DNA from: Camelus dromedarius
Lineage: Eukaryota
Direction of reading: 5' to 3'
NCBI RefSeq assembly: GCF_036321535.1
Contig: NC_087438.1
Span: 932,001-996,000 of the forward strand
DNA length: 64,000 nt
Positions within the stretch are counted from its first letter, which is position 1. The number at the start of each line of letters is the position of its first letter. Of this stretch, positions 11,985 to 24,619 are shown one piece after another. A program made the translations under genes and the position numbers. Below the pieces are notes generated by a model that saw only the letters and a list, made by a program, of their open reading frames with translations, searched no databases and was not told where the DNA came from.

Positions 11985-13839
11985 GGCTGGGTGACTCTCT
12001 TACACAGGCGCCTGCGAGTGTCCAGCAGCCCGGGAGGATGGCAGGCGCGGGTGGCCCTCGGCGCCGCGGCGTGCTGAGGCCAGGCCTCCTCGCCGACTCC
12101 GGGCAGCCAGGGGCTGCCTCCCTCTTCCCTCCTGGAGCCGTGCCCTCCGCCTGCGCCGGGACGCGCCCTCCCCTCTGCCTTCTGTTCACACCTGGGCCCT
12201 CTGGCCGGCTGCTTTCCGGCCTGCCGACCGGAGGCCCTGCCCTATTCCCCGGTCCCCGGGCCGGTCCTCACTCTCACGAGCGGGCCTGACCGCTGCACGC
12301 TGGGTTGTCAGCGAGGGGTGTTCTCGCCGGCGCTGGCGACGCCCCGGGACTGCGCCGGCACGCGCAGAGCCTGCTGCGGGGCACCGTCTCCCAGTTACTC
12401 TCCTGGCTGGGTTCTTCTTTGTTCATGTGCTTTCTCAGTATTGTGTTTTCACTCTTACGTGGTGGGGATTCGGTTCCTGCGCCCAAGTAGCCAGCTACCC
12501 ACAAAGCTGGTTTTGTGCATCCATTCATTTAAAAGACGCTCTGTATTGTAATTAACCGTATCGAGGAAATTCATGTGAAACCCAGCGAAGCTGGCAGCCG
12601 TGTGTCCTCACCACCACATCTCTGGGAAGAACTCCGGGGACTTGGTGACCATTTCCTGAGATAAGCTGTGATTTAATCAACTTGCTTTTCATGTTGCTTT
12701 TCTCTTTAAAAGTGTATCTTTTACTTTGGAATAATTTCAGATACCGACCGTGTTTAGGATTCTGGTTGTATTTGACATGATACACCGTGAAGGCCGTGGC
12801 GACCAGTTAGCAGAGATTTCGCAGAAGAAAGCAGCCTGTTTGGGATGCTGGCTGCACATCCGCGGCGTGTGTCCTTGAGGTCGTAGGCGGCCCTGCCGGT
12901 CGCCCCCGAGGCCCGGAGCTGCTGGCAAGTCCCCCTGATTCTCCTTCTTGGGAGGAGAGCGGACGTTCAGCAGCACCGTCCTAAACCATGTGTGCAGAGG
13001 CCTGTCTCCTCTTCCACACTGTTTCCAGGTTTGCGCTGAGGCGAATGAGTGAGTCCCGCGGGTAGTCACCCCTTGAAGAGTCTGCAATGACCTCTGTGTT
13101 TTGCGGTAGCGTGTGCCCGCCACCCATGCAGGGACGTTTGCCCCTTTGTTCTGGTCAGTGCATGACTCTTGCCTGGCCTTCAGGGTTAGGCTAAGGACTG
13201 AGTCCTTTGGTTATCAGCCATTCCCACCAGAGAAGGGGGATGGGACAGGGCGCCTTCACCCCCAGCCCCCAAGAGTCCCCCTCCAACCCGAGGGCGTGGA
13301 GCTGGCGCAGGCAGAGGGTTGGTTGGGTGGGCTTAGGGGCACCGCGGTCGCCAGGGAGAGGTGTGCTGGCTTGATGGGGACCGAGACAGCGAGGAATCTC
13401 GAGCCGGTTTCTGCTGATCTTGAGGCAAAGAGGGTCATGTAGTGACAGGGAAAGTTCACAAGAAAGAATGCAGATACCCATCCTGCGATGGTACCTCAGT
13501 AACGCTGAGGGCAGCAAGGATGCTTGCAGCAGGCGTGGGGCACGGAGCAGAGTGAAGCTGCTGAAGAAATGGGAGGCGGAATGATGATTCATTGCCATCA
13601 GTGTTTACTCCCTTTCTAAAAGGAAGGACATGCGGACACTAAATAATGCCAAATGCAGCCAGTCATGCAAGCATGTGGGTCCCACCCCGGGGTGTTCACC
13701 CTGCCACCCGCCAGCCGGCGTCCGGTGTGCCCAGTCCACGACCGAAGTCTTCATCGCGAGGGGAGGAGGTCCTGGCGCTGACAGGTGATCTACTTAGAGA
13801 TGATGACTTCTTGACGAGCCGGCAGTTGAAACATTCATG

Positions 13840-14065
13840 ACACGCCTCCCTGTGTTTCCAAATCCATTGTTGGCGGCTGCATAATTAACGGTGACATTGC
13901 TAACTCTGGAAGAAGAGAGAGCTTGCATAATTTGTTTATGAGATAAAGAAGCATGCTGTTTGAGAGCTCTGGTGTGCTCTGCTCTCTGCTAAACATCACT
14001 TCTGTTTTCCAAATGTTGGACGACAAAGCACTTTCTGTCTCCAGTTTGGAAATGGAATAGGGCTT
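13840..14065. promoter_or_regulatory. Candidate conserved non-coding element
   Basis: Non-repeat AT-richer island with GCATAATTAAC, GCATAATTTGTTTAT (FOX-like), AGATAA, CATTGTT (SOX-like) and TAAACA. Confidence 0.4.
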
Positions 14066-14749
14066 AGTCCCCCGTGGACGTGTTGTCCCTCCCTGGGGCC
14101 AGTGGAGCCACCCAGGCAGTAACAGTGAGACCTCTGACTCCTGAGAGACGGAGGGCAGTTGGGAACAAGGAGCTAGCGTGTGGCCACACTTGGGGTGGTA
14201 AGCGGCTCTCCTGCCACCTTTGGGGCCCCCCCGGGTCAAGACTTGGCGCCAGCCCAGCCTCGTAACAGCGCCAAGAGGGAGCTCTGTGTGGTGCGGAGAG
14301 CCGGGGCAGAGGCGTCCCGCCCACAGCGCGCAGTGGGCCACCCGAGCGCGGACTGTGTGGTTAGGAAGGACGGGATAGCTCTGGGTCTTCTGTACTGGGG
14401 ACCCGCAGAGCCGTGGGCCAGGGCTAACAGGCCTTCTTGATTTCACGCCTGAGGAGCCAGGCTCAGCCCTCGGCATCAGCCCCCAGAGCCCCAGCCCCTG
14501 CCAGCACAGGCCTGTGCCCAGGAGGCAGAATGGAGGACGCTCTGTCCTCAGGAGCCAACAGCAAGCTAGCGACACTGCAGTGGCCGGTGAATTCCACCCA
14601 CCGAGCTCCCCGTGCGGAGGCAGGTCAGCGCGCGGGTGGCGTCCTGTGGATGTCGGCATCAGTGTCCCCCATCCCAGGCCCACGGCTGGTGGTGCGGGTG
14701 CCTGTCACAGGGGCATCAGCGCTCGTGTTGAAGCGTGTAGAAGCGCTCT

Positions 14750-14870
14750 GGGGCGGGGGCGGGGGGCACGGCTCAGGGGCAGGGCGTGTGCACGGCGTGT
14801 GCGAGGTCCTGGGTTCAATCCCAGTGCCTCTGTCAAAGGGAAAAGTGAAATAAAATCTCAAAAAGTCTAA
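14750..14870 (+). mobile_element. tRNA-derived SINE (camelid Vic-1-like), GC-shifted copy
   Basis: GGCTCAGGGGCAGGGCG (A box)...GAGGTCCTGGGTTCAATCCCAGTGCCTC (B box) followed by an A-rich tail. Possible degenerate TSD at 14739-14749 / 14871-14881. Confidence 0.85.
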
Positions 14871-16539
14871 AAGAGTGCTCTAGGAATGAGGACATGTTAT
14901 TACCATTAAAAAAGTTACAGCTAAATTTCACCTTAGAGCAGTTTTATTCTAACCCTTTTTTTTTTTTCACTTATCAGCTTCTGTTAACTATTTTCTCTCT
15001 GGGTACGCGAGTTTATATTTCAGTTATCCTGTCCCGTGCAGGAAGACGTCCACTGAACGCCCACCGCATTGTCCCTAGTTTACCCCGTTGGTGGCCTTGT
15101 AAACAGTCACAAACGCGTCTCCGGGGAGAACAGCCCTGATTTGGAGCGCTTGCCGACTGCCGTGGTGTCAGCGCGCCCGCCCAGCTGATTCGGCCTCTGC
15201 GTCCCCCGGGCTGGAGCCGCGCAGCCCGGCAGCCCCGGAGGGCCAAACGGCCTTTTCCTTTTTATGGTCACATATTGGGCTCTGTTTTCCAAGAGCTGGC
15301 TGATCCTAGAAAGTGTGGCTGCAGCGGTGCGAGTCAGCATCACTCTGGGCTGGAGGGCGGCCCGGGAGCTGAGTGAGGAGTCGGCTCTCGTGTGCCAATG
15401 AGTGTGCGGCTTCTTCTCAGTTCATCCGCCATCAGTGAGACGTGTCTTTAGAAACGTGATTGACAGATTGTCAGGAGTCATCCTCTCCAGGACTAAAACC
15501 TCTCTCTACTTGACCTTGAGAACGTGAGAAGAAACCCCCAGCCCAGAACTGCCTTCCTCTGAGGGCGCGAAGGTCAGACGGGTGCCAGAAGCATGGCCCC
15601 CAGCCCAGGGCCTGTGCACACTCCACGTGCCGGCAGAGCCAGTCTGCTTGCCCACGGGGGGCTGGGGTGACTGGTCACAGGAGCCACTCAGGGCGTCTAG
15701 GAAGGACCGTGAGCTCACCCTCCTACTGCTGCCGTCCAGCAGGGAAGTGACGGTCACTGTGGGGTCCGGGGAGCAGCACCAGGTGATAGGTCGAGGGGCT
15801 TGGGCGGGCGGCCCTGAGCGTGTGGCTGCTCGCGGGCTCCTCCCTCCCACCCTCTGGGGTCGTGTCGCCTGAGAAGGTGGCTTGTGTGAGGCACTGTGAG
15901 GAGTGGGTGACACTGGTCATCTGGTGGGGGGGGGGGGCTGCACCTTGATGAAGAGTTGGAGGATTGTTTTTCAGAGAAATGGTTGTGTATGCAACTTATA
16001 AATGGGTACAGCTTGTAAGTGACCACACAAAGTCTGTTTGCTTCCATTTCTTTAGTGTTTAGGCTGGCAATGAGAAACTTAGACATGAATTCCTCAAGTT
16101 CCAAACATTGAAAACTATCAAGATAAGAGAATGGTATTTCATTTTCTGAGATGTGTCTTATGTCCCTACAGACCCTGCGACGTACTGTGACGTGAGGTCA
16201 AGGGTCAGTGGCCTCCCAGCCCCAACTCTCACAGCTGGGGAAGCAGACAGGAGCCCCGAGTGTTCCAGGTGTGGTCACACGCTCCTCAGGGACACCGCCG
16301 ACTCTCCCTGCTTTTGCTGACACGTGGCCCCTCCGTGTCGCTCCTGTCTGTGCGGGGCCTCACGTCTGAGGTCCCTGCTCTCAGGCTCAGGTGTTCCCAC
16401 CCACTCGTCCTCATTTCTCCCCCACAGCCTCGCTCGCTGCTTCTCTGACTTTGAGACGGTTGTTTCACGTCTCCCAGTCCAGTCTTCCGCGCTGCATCCC
16501 ACACGGTACTGATGGTCAGAACGGCCGGAGCTCGTTCAT

Positions 16540-16707
16540 CGTGGCCACTTCTCACTGTACGAATCTAGCAAGACGTTACCTTGTTCAAATCTCAGTTTCT
16601 TTATCCAGGAAAGAGATAATAAATTAACTCACAGGTAATTTTTGTGGAAATTAAAATAAAAAATAGATGTATGAATTAAAAAGTGCAACATAAGTGTTAA
16701 TTGCTAC
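16540..16707 (+). mobile_element. MIR SINE remnant
   Basis: GCCACTT...GCAAG...CTCAGTTTCTTTATC...AGATAATAA...CTCACAGG...TGTGGAAATTAAA matches the MIR core and 3' part. Confidence 0.6.
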
Positions 16708-16721
16708 TGATATTCATTTTA

Positions 16722-16848
16722 TTTTTATTATTTTGGGGGGGGTAATTAGGTTTATTTATTTATTTATTTGAAGGAGGTACAGGGGATTGAACCCAGGACC
16801 TTAATGCATGCTAAGCACACACTCTACCACTGAACCATAGCCTCCCCC
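16722..16848 (-). mobile_element. Full-length Vic-1-like SINE with TSD
   Basis: Reverse complement reads GGGGGAGGCTATGGTTCAGTGGTAGAGTGTGTGCTTAGCATGCA..AGGTCCTGGGTTCAATCCCC..TACCTCC..AAATAAATAAACCTAATTACCCC. TSD TG(A/G)TATTCATTTTA at 16708-16721 and 16849-16862. Confidence 0.92.
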
Positions 16849-16989
16849 TGGTATTCATTTTAGGCCATAAAAGTAGAGGTGTGAGTCTCCCCCTTTTTCT
16901 GAAATTCTTCTGAAGAAGAGAAAAAAGTCCTTTCTCAACCCTGCTCTCAGCACCTGTGGCTGTTTCGGAAACACACCTCAGGACACAGC

Positions 16990-17540
16990 CAAGCCTTATA
17001 GAAAAAGGCCCCTGAGGGTTCAGAGGTTGGAATCATTGAACATGGATTATAAAATAACAGATTAAAAACAAGCTTGGAAATACTCGCAAGGATCAGGAAA
17101 TGATAAAGCTAATTTGTAGAAGATTGAAGTAGAACTTCCAGAAATACAATATTAAAAACTGAAAAAAACCCTCAATAGATGAGTTTAAGAGAAGTTAACA
17201 TAGAAAAAAAAAAAAAAAAAAAGAACTAGTGAATTGTAAAACAGCCCCCAATTCCCTAAACAGAAAGCTTCAGGAAGGAAGCTGCAGAAGAACAGATTGG
17301 TCCCCAGGATGATTTGGGGAGCGACAGACGTGTGTAACCCAGCGAGCCCTAAGAGAGGGTGTGTGGAGAGGTAACGGTGGGGATTTCCCAGGGCTGCCTA
17401 GAGACCCCGATCTAGAAACTTAAGAATCCCAGTTAATCTCCAGCAACACTCAGGCAAGAGGAAATCCATTCTCACATACATTATAATAAAACTGAAAAAC
17501 AACAGACTCAGAGAATCTTAAAAAAAAAGACAGCAAAAAT
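16990..17540 (+). mobile_element. Ancient L1 ORF1-region fragment
   Basis: A-rich, with TAGAACTTCCAGAAAT, CTCAATAGATGAGTTTAA, ACTAGTGAATTG, ATTTCCCAG and GAGAATCTTAAAA in L1M ORF1 order. Confidence 0.65.
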
Positions 17541-17949
17541 AAAGACTCAGCGTGCTCAGTTTTCTTTGAGTCCTCAGACATATTCATGAGAGCTTTTAGA
17601 AAGTGCTTGCCTGCTAATTCCTTCATTCTTGCTGTTTCTGGGCAACGGACGACCCTGAGGACCGTTGGGGGCTGGCGCACGATCAGGGTCTGACCAGGCA
17701 GAGCAGGAAGACCTCGTCGAATGCTTGGGACGCTCAGTAAAGAGCCCAGGACAGGCCCACCTCAGTAGTGGGGCTAGCCCACATCCAGGGTGAAGGCTCA
17801 CCTGCGTCCAAGTCAGCCTGGGGTCAGCCTTCAGCGGACCAGCCTGACCCCTGGGAAATTAACTTCCTCTGGAAGAGGAATCCTCAACACTCACCGAGGG
17901 AAGGCAGCAAGGCCAGCCGCTCAGAGGCGTGACTGCAAAGCCCAGGGCG

Positions 17950-20400
17950 CAACGGAAACGGGAAGAAATTGACTCGTTCCTGGGAGACAAACTCCAGAAA
18001 TGACCGAGACGATAAAAACAGCCAAAAGGAATGTTGAAACAGCTTTTAAATATTTACAAGCAGTTAAAGAAAGTGAATGAATAATACGAACGGGGAATGA
18101 TGAACAGTGAGTGAATACACAGTGAACAGGGAAGTAGGAAGCACAGAAGAATAACCACAGAATATTCTAGAGCTGGAAACACAGTATCTTAAATGAAAAG
18201 AAGTCACTGGATGGGCTGGAGAGCAGCCTAGAAACTGCAGAGGAAAAGTGCACTTGAAGACCTGCCAGGAGAAATTGTCCCAGATGAAGCAACAACGGCA
18301 ACAAAAAGGCTAGGAAAGAGGAGCGGCTCTTCCTTGACTTGCGGCTTTAATACCACGAGGCCCAACGAGTGTGAGGCTGAAATATCAGGGAAAGAGGGAG
18401 GGAGGCAAGTGTTTGAATAAATAATGATCAAAACTTCTCCAAACCTGGTGAAAACTCTGAACCTACAGAACTCAAAGGAACTCAAAGGAAAAAGGAAATC
18501 ACACCATGGCACATTTTAATCAAATTACTGACAACCAGTTATAGAGAAAAACATCTTAAAGGTAGCCCAGGATGGGGGGATGTTTCACAGAAAATGACAA
18601 AGACGCAAGTGGTGGCTGGCTTCTCACCGGAAGCACTGCAGGGCGGAGACAACGGAGCACCAGCTCGGTGGTGCTGGTTTAAACCCCGTGCTGGAGTTCC
18701 GTGTCCAGTTAAAACTACCTCATAGAAATGAGGCAAAATGCCGACCCCAGCCGAGATTGGCTTTTATTACTAGCAGAACTGGTAATAAAAAGTCATGTCA
18801 GCATCTCCTTATGACAAAGAAAAGTGCCATCACATTGAAACCGACATCTGGAGGAATGAAGACATTGAGGAACAGTAAATACGTGGGTAATACTTTTTTA
18901 TTTTTCAATTGATTAAAACAATTATTGACAATTTAAAGCAAAAATATTGAAAATACATTATGTAATGTGTAGCGTCTGTGGAAGTAATTTGTATACCAAC
19001 ATTAACATGAGAGACAGAAAGGGAGGCATGAAAGCTTATTGTCGTAACATACTTATACGTACGGCGGTGTGATGTTTTATCAAGGTAAACCACGACAAAG
19101 GTGTATTGAAGCCGCAGAGGAAAAACTATAGCAATAAAATAAAGAGTAACCAGTAAGTCAATGGAGGACGTAAAATGAAACACTGAAAAGTAAGGTTACA
19201 GAAAAAAGAAGCAACACACAACAGATGGGAAAATACGAAACTCACTGCAAGAAGTTGGATTTAAACCCAACTGTATGAATAATTAATTAAATTAACTAAA
19301 TTAACCAAACTAAACAAAATGCAGGTATTACTAGAATGGATGAAATAATACTGCCCTTAAGGAACAATTTTTGAACATAAAATTAAAAAGACAGAAAATA
19401 TATTATTTAAAGACACTTATAAGAAAGCTGGAGTAGCAATATCGAGGCAATGAGGGACCTTTACATAAAAAGACAGGAGGATCACAAATCTGTACAAACC
19501 TGGTACGTGAGTCTCAGAATACATGAAACATGGACGTACAGACGTACGCAAAAGGAGGACGGCCAAACACACAGCTGCCGGTGAAGGTCCAGCGTTATTC
19601 TCCCCGTGGCTGGCAGGGCAGCTGGGCTGGAAGCCGGTGAACACGCGGAAGGCTGGGACAAGTCAGCAGCTAGCCGGTCTGGCGGCTTCAGACGTCACAC
19701 CTATGAGCAGCAGAATTCACTCCTTCCGAGTCCATGGGAACAGTCGCCAAGGCAGATGGCGTGCTTGACTGTGAAGCAGGTTTCGACACATTTAGATGGA
19801 CTGAAATTATACAATATATGCTCTCTGACCCCAAAAAAGTTGAACTGGAAATCAACAAGTAGACGTTGGGAAATCCCCAAATATTTAAACAGTAAGTAAC
19901 ACATTTTAAACCATTGTTTCAATGAAGTCACAAGGGAAATCAGAAAATGCTGTGAACTGAGTGACAATGAGAAGACAGCGTGTCAAGGTCCACGGCGGCA
20001 GCGAAGCAGTGCCTGGACGGAAACTTGTAACATCCCACCTTCCGTGAGAAAACAGACAGGTTTGAAATCAGTGATCTCAGTTTCCACCTGAAGAATCAAG
20101 CAAAGGAAACTGAAAAGTATGTAGAAGAGAGGAAATAATAATACAGAAAACAGAGGACGTCAGTGTCGAGAAGAGCTGGTTCTTTGAGAAGGTCAGTAAA
20201 TTGACGGCGCTCTAGACAAACTGATCAAGGGGAGGAAGACGGGTCAGGAGCAAGGAGGGGCCATCGCGGCAGAGCCCACATAAATTAAACTGATAACAAG
20301 GAGTCACTGTGAAGAATTACGGCAGCGAACTCAACAACTTAGACGAAATGGAAAATTCGTCGCGAGGCACGGACACGAGGAGAGACAGGAAACCCGAACA
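17950..20400 (+). mobile_element. Ancient L1M: decayed ORF1, spacer and ORF2 endonuclease region
   Basis: TCTAGAGCTGGAAA, TCACTGGATGGGCT, AAAACTTCTCCAAA, AAGAAAGCTGGAGTAGC, GCAGCAGAATTCAC, CTCTCTGACC, AGCTGGTTCTTTGAGAAG and CAACTTAGACGAAATGGA occur collinearly. Confidence 0.85.
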
Positions 20401-21465
20401 CGCACGCGGGAAGGAGCACGCAGGGTGCGTTCTGCAGTTTTGTTGTTGTCTGCAGCTTCGAGTCCTCTGCTCTTCCTTGCTGCAAAAATAATAATCTCGG
20501 CCATGATTTTTCCCACATATGATGTTAAGGTTTGTTTCAGATTTTCCCGTTTGTCTGAACCTTGACTTACAGTCACGCCGAGTTTTGTCAGAGTGCTGGT
20601 GTTGCCCAGTGAACACTGACTCTAACAGCGTCAGACTGAACAAAAATGCCGTTCTCTCCTCCTGGTATCAGATGTCAAGGAAATTAAAAATTAACTTTCC
20701 GTGTGTCCAGGAACACGGGGCAGAACCAGTGGACATGGCTGGCAGCCGGACTCGTGCCCTGCGGGCGTCTGGGTCTGCGTGAACAGCCAGGGGATGTGAC
20801 GGTAGTGCCCAAGACTCCTCTAATCCATTCACCACAATCTCTTAAAGCCTGACAAAGACCCAGGCACAGAGCAGGACAGTCAGAGGAGCAGCCTCCTGTT
20901 GACAAGCTGCAGGTGGGACGGTAGCGCTCGCCTCCGCAGGTAAGCCCCGCGGCGCCGAGCACCAGGTGTCAGTCGGGGGACGCGCTTGCCAGGGCCCCAG
21001 GCAACACTGCTTTCACGCTGAGCCTCACGGAATCGCAGGTGAGCGCCTGGGGACTTACCCGTTCTGTCTGATGTTTTACCCCGTTTGCTTTTTTTCTTAA
21101 AGCCATTTGCAAAGGTGTTTTCAGTTGATTTTATGAATCTCTGAAGAGCGGCAGGAAGACGTAAGCCGCGGCTCCCTCGAGGACAGAGCTGTAGCACACA
21201 GAGTTTCGGGGAGGTACCTGGGTGTCCCCGGGAAGGTTGGACCGCCGGACTTCATCAGCAGAGCCTCTTTTGAACTCTGGATGCTTCCAGGCCTCTGTGA
21301 CAAGCTCTGTCAAAGTGGAGGCTTTGCTGTGACATTTCATGTCCTAAGCGGTCGGCCTTCCTTAAGCATCTCACACAAACGACTGAGAAGAAGAGAACGT
21401 CAAACAGGAGGCAGCGCGGGCTGCAGGAACCGGGAAGTGGCAGCAACCGTGCAGCCCTTCCAGCT

Positions 21466-21545
21466 CCGCGTGCCTGCATGTGTGCGCGTGTGTGCCTGCA
21501 AGCATGTGCGTGTGTGCCTGCGCGCACGCGCGCCTGTGGTGTGTC
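21466..21545. repeat. Alternating (TG/CG/CA)n tract
   Basis: Directly visible, e.g. GCGTGCCTGCATGTGTGCGCGTGTGTG...GCGCGCACGCGCGC. Confidence 0.85.
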
Positions 21546-24500
21546 ATGAGCAGGTCCAGCATGTTGCTCGACGTCAGAACTCCATCGGTGGAGTATTTTC
21601 TCCATCAGAAGAGTGGTTGTTGAGACACACGCGACGCCACCCGGTGTCCGGTAGGTAGTCTCTGTGGTGTCCCTCCTGTGCACCCTTGAGCTCCCCGGCT
21701 CCCAGAGGCACCTGCGTTTGCCTGTGACCGGCACAGCCCCACCTGCTGAGGAGGGAGCTGGCGGTGGCGTGGACTGGAGGGTCGGGGACGGCGCCGTCAG
21801 GGGCCGGGGGGCTGGCTGGCTGGGGCAGCGCAGGGGGTGGCGAGCGGGCGCCCCGGAGCGGGCAGCTGCTCCTTGCTCTTGGGGACCAGTGGGATGTGTG
21901 GGTGAGGACGGGGGCTCAGCCTCCCCGAGGGAGCTGGGTCTGGCGGAAGAGAGAACTATCAGAGAGAATGAGGGCCACGGCGTGCGGCCCCTGGGCACCA
22001 GACCACTGAGGGTGCGGGAGTCAGTCCCGTGGCCCTCGGGCTGGTGGGGAGGGGCTGCCCTGTGGCGATGACACCGCCCCTGACACTAGGTCTGGTCTGA
22101 AGATGCTGGGAAGCGGGCCCAGAGCCACTCTGCCCGACAGGGTCGGGGAGCTGCAGTCTCGTGGGGCCCCAGGTGGGGCTCGGGTCGGGCACCTGTGCGG
22201 GTCCTTGGGCGCCAGGGAGGGTGGGTCCACCAAGGCCCTGCCTCCAGGTCTCGGCCTGGCCCCAGGCCCCATGTTGAGGGTGGAAACTGTCGCCCCGCTG
22301 GTCCCTCTTCCCTCTTGGACCAAAGCACTCTGCCGGTCAATACGTGGCGAGGGGGAGGCTGGCGGGGTCTGAGAACAGCGCCAGCGGAAACGGCCTGCGC
22401 TTGCAGCCGCCCTCCCGGGGCCGCTCCGGTGACGGCATCCTCTTCGACAGCCTGGAGGTGAAGCGTGTCTTATAAATAATCCACCAGCCGTCTCTTCTGC
22501 TCCGTCAGCCCGGCTGCTCTCAGAGGGGTGAAGTTCCTCATCGGAGCGGAGTTCAGTCAGACGCGAGCAGCCCAGCGGGCCCTGCCAGGGAAGCTTTCAG
22601 GGCCGGGGGACCGGGGCACCTGCATTTCTTCAGGGGTCTCCCGATGATGGTCGTGGGGCTGCGGGTCGAGTCTTTGTCACAACATCCTGGTGAGTGACGG
22701 CGAGTTTCGGCGCCAGCCTGCAGGCTGTGACACGGCACCTTGCTCATCTCACCCGGGGGCCCGGGGTGGCCCTCAGACGCAGCTGACATGCCCAGGGCCC
22801 CCTTGCCCCTGTTATCACGTGCCCACCCCCCACCGCTTTGAGATCATCTCATAGAAAGTCTGGAAGTTCGGGAAGTTTCACTAGCCAGACTGAGCAAAGC
22901 GCAGCTCTGGAAGGGCCCGGGGTCTTAACCACAAACCTCATGGGAAACCGTCGGTGGCTCACCTGCCGTAATCACATCAGCGTCCCCACCGCCTGGTGTC
23001 TCAGTGGCTCCCGCCCCGGAGGGAAGGTCTTCAGCCCCGAGCTGCCCCCGCAGGGGCCGTGAGCTCCGGCCCGTCCTGTCCTCGATGCCCGGGAAGCTTC
23101 TCTTAGAACAAAGCTGACAGGCAGTTTTGCTTGGGGGGGTGAGCCTGCATCTTGACCTGGGGGTCCGTCCAGGTTGGGGTGTGGGTCTGCTCCCCCGAAC
23201 ACTGACCTTGCCAACCTCACAGAGCCTAAAGGGTGCCGAGTGGTGACGCAGGCTGTGGCTCCCAGAGGTTGACCCCTCCAGTGACCTTCGGGGCCCTGGA
23301 GCAAGGCTGGTCCTCAGCTCTCGTCTCCCGCTGGAGCCCCCCTCCCCACACCTGTCCTCACGCACAGCCCCTCGGGCCCAGCCACACACTGCACAGGAGC
23401 CGCTGCTCCCCCCGTGGTGAAGTGTTGCCGGCCCTTCTGACAGCTCCGGGGGCCTGCTTTCTTTCCTTCTTCCGTGTTGCCCTCTTCCTATTGACTTTTT
23501 ACCAAAACGAGGAGGGGCAGTCACTCAAGGCACATCGGACGCCAATGTGAGAATGAAGCGGGTGGGCTGGTCTCACTGGGTCGGATCTCCCCAAAGATGC
23601 TCGACATTTGCCAGCGTCCTTCCCAAGGCTCCACGGGGCTGCAGACGCCCCGGGAGCTGCTCATCGTGACACAGGGCCCCCTGCGCAGCCCTCCCTCACT
23701 CTGGCCCTGACGCAAGCGTGCCTGTGAGCGTGGGTGGGTGTGCAGGCAGGAGGGGAGAGGTGCGTGGAGCGTGAGGCTGACCAGACTCAAGCTTTGGGAC
23801 CCCTGCCCGGGACCCCTGCACGGCCCCTGCCAACGCCATCCCTAACGTTCGACACTTGATTTTCAGTGCTTTATCTGAGGGGGCCCCCAAATGTTTGCCC
23901 TTGAGACCCTGAGAAACTTGGGCCCTCCCTGGGTCCAAGCCAAGGGGCCCTGTGGCAGGCAGGTTGAGGTCACAGCACTGGTCCTGGCGCACCGGCAGCG
24001 CGGCCTGGGGCACCTGTCAAAGGTGTGCCTCACGGATGCACGTGGTGCTCGCCAGGTCCTCCCACGGCCCTGAAGACCGGCTCCCTCTGCCTGCTGTGGG
24101 GCGGGGCATCCTCTGCTCTGCCTCAAGGTGTGGGTACCCACCGTGGCCCTGATCCTTCTCCCCCGTCCTCCACGGCCCCCTGCCCGTGGCCTCATGTATG
24201 ACTCGTAAGTGTCTGTCTCCACCTCACGTCCTTAGAATGAGTCCTTGGACGTGTATCTAACTGATTATTTAACTCCTCAAATACACGTGAAAATGAGCAC
24301 CTCCCAGGCCACCGAGAAGCGCTCATGAGTCAAGACAGACCCTCAGTTTCTCTCTGGAACCTTTGGGTGCCCAGGAAAGAGATCGCTCACTTTTGTCCAT
24401 TCAGTATTCAACTCCTAGGACGATAGACTGTCAACCCTCTGAGACCCCTGGAGAAAAGATCAAGGGCCGGGACCCCCTGGAGGCAAAGGGGCAGGCGCGG

Positions 24501-24619
24501 ATCACCAAGCGCGGGAGGGAGACAGGCGACGTCACTGCAGAGCCTACACACTAATGGGACGACGAGGGAGGTCATGAACACCTCTGCTTCCACACTCTCC
24601 CGGTTTTCCACGGGACTGT

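Noticed and set aside
16770..16848. tRNA-like sequence with A/B boxes (also at 14761 and 53996)
   Set aside because: These are SINE heads followed by A-rich tails, with a clear TSD at this copy, not tRNA genes.
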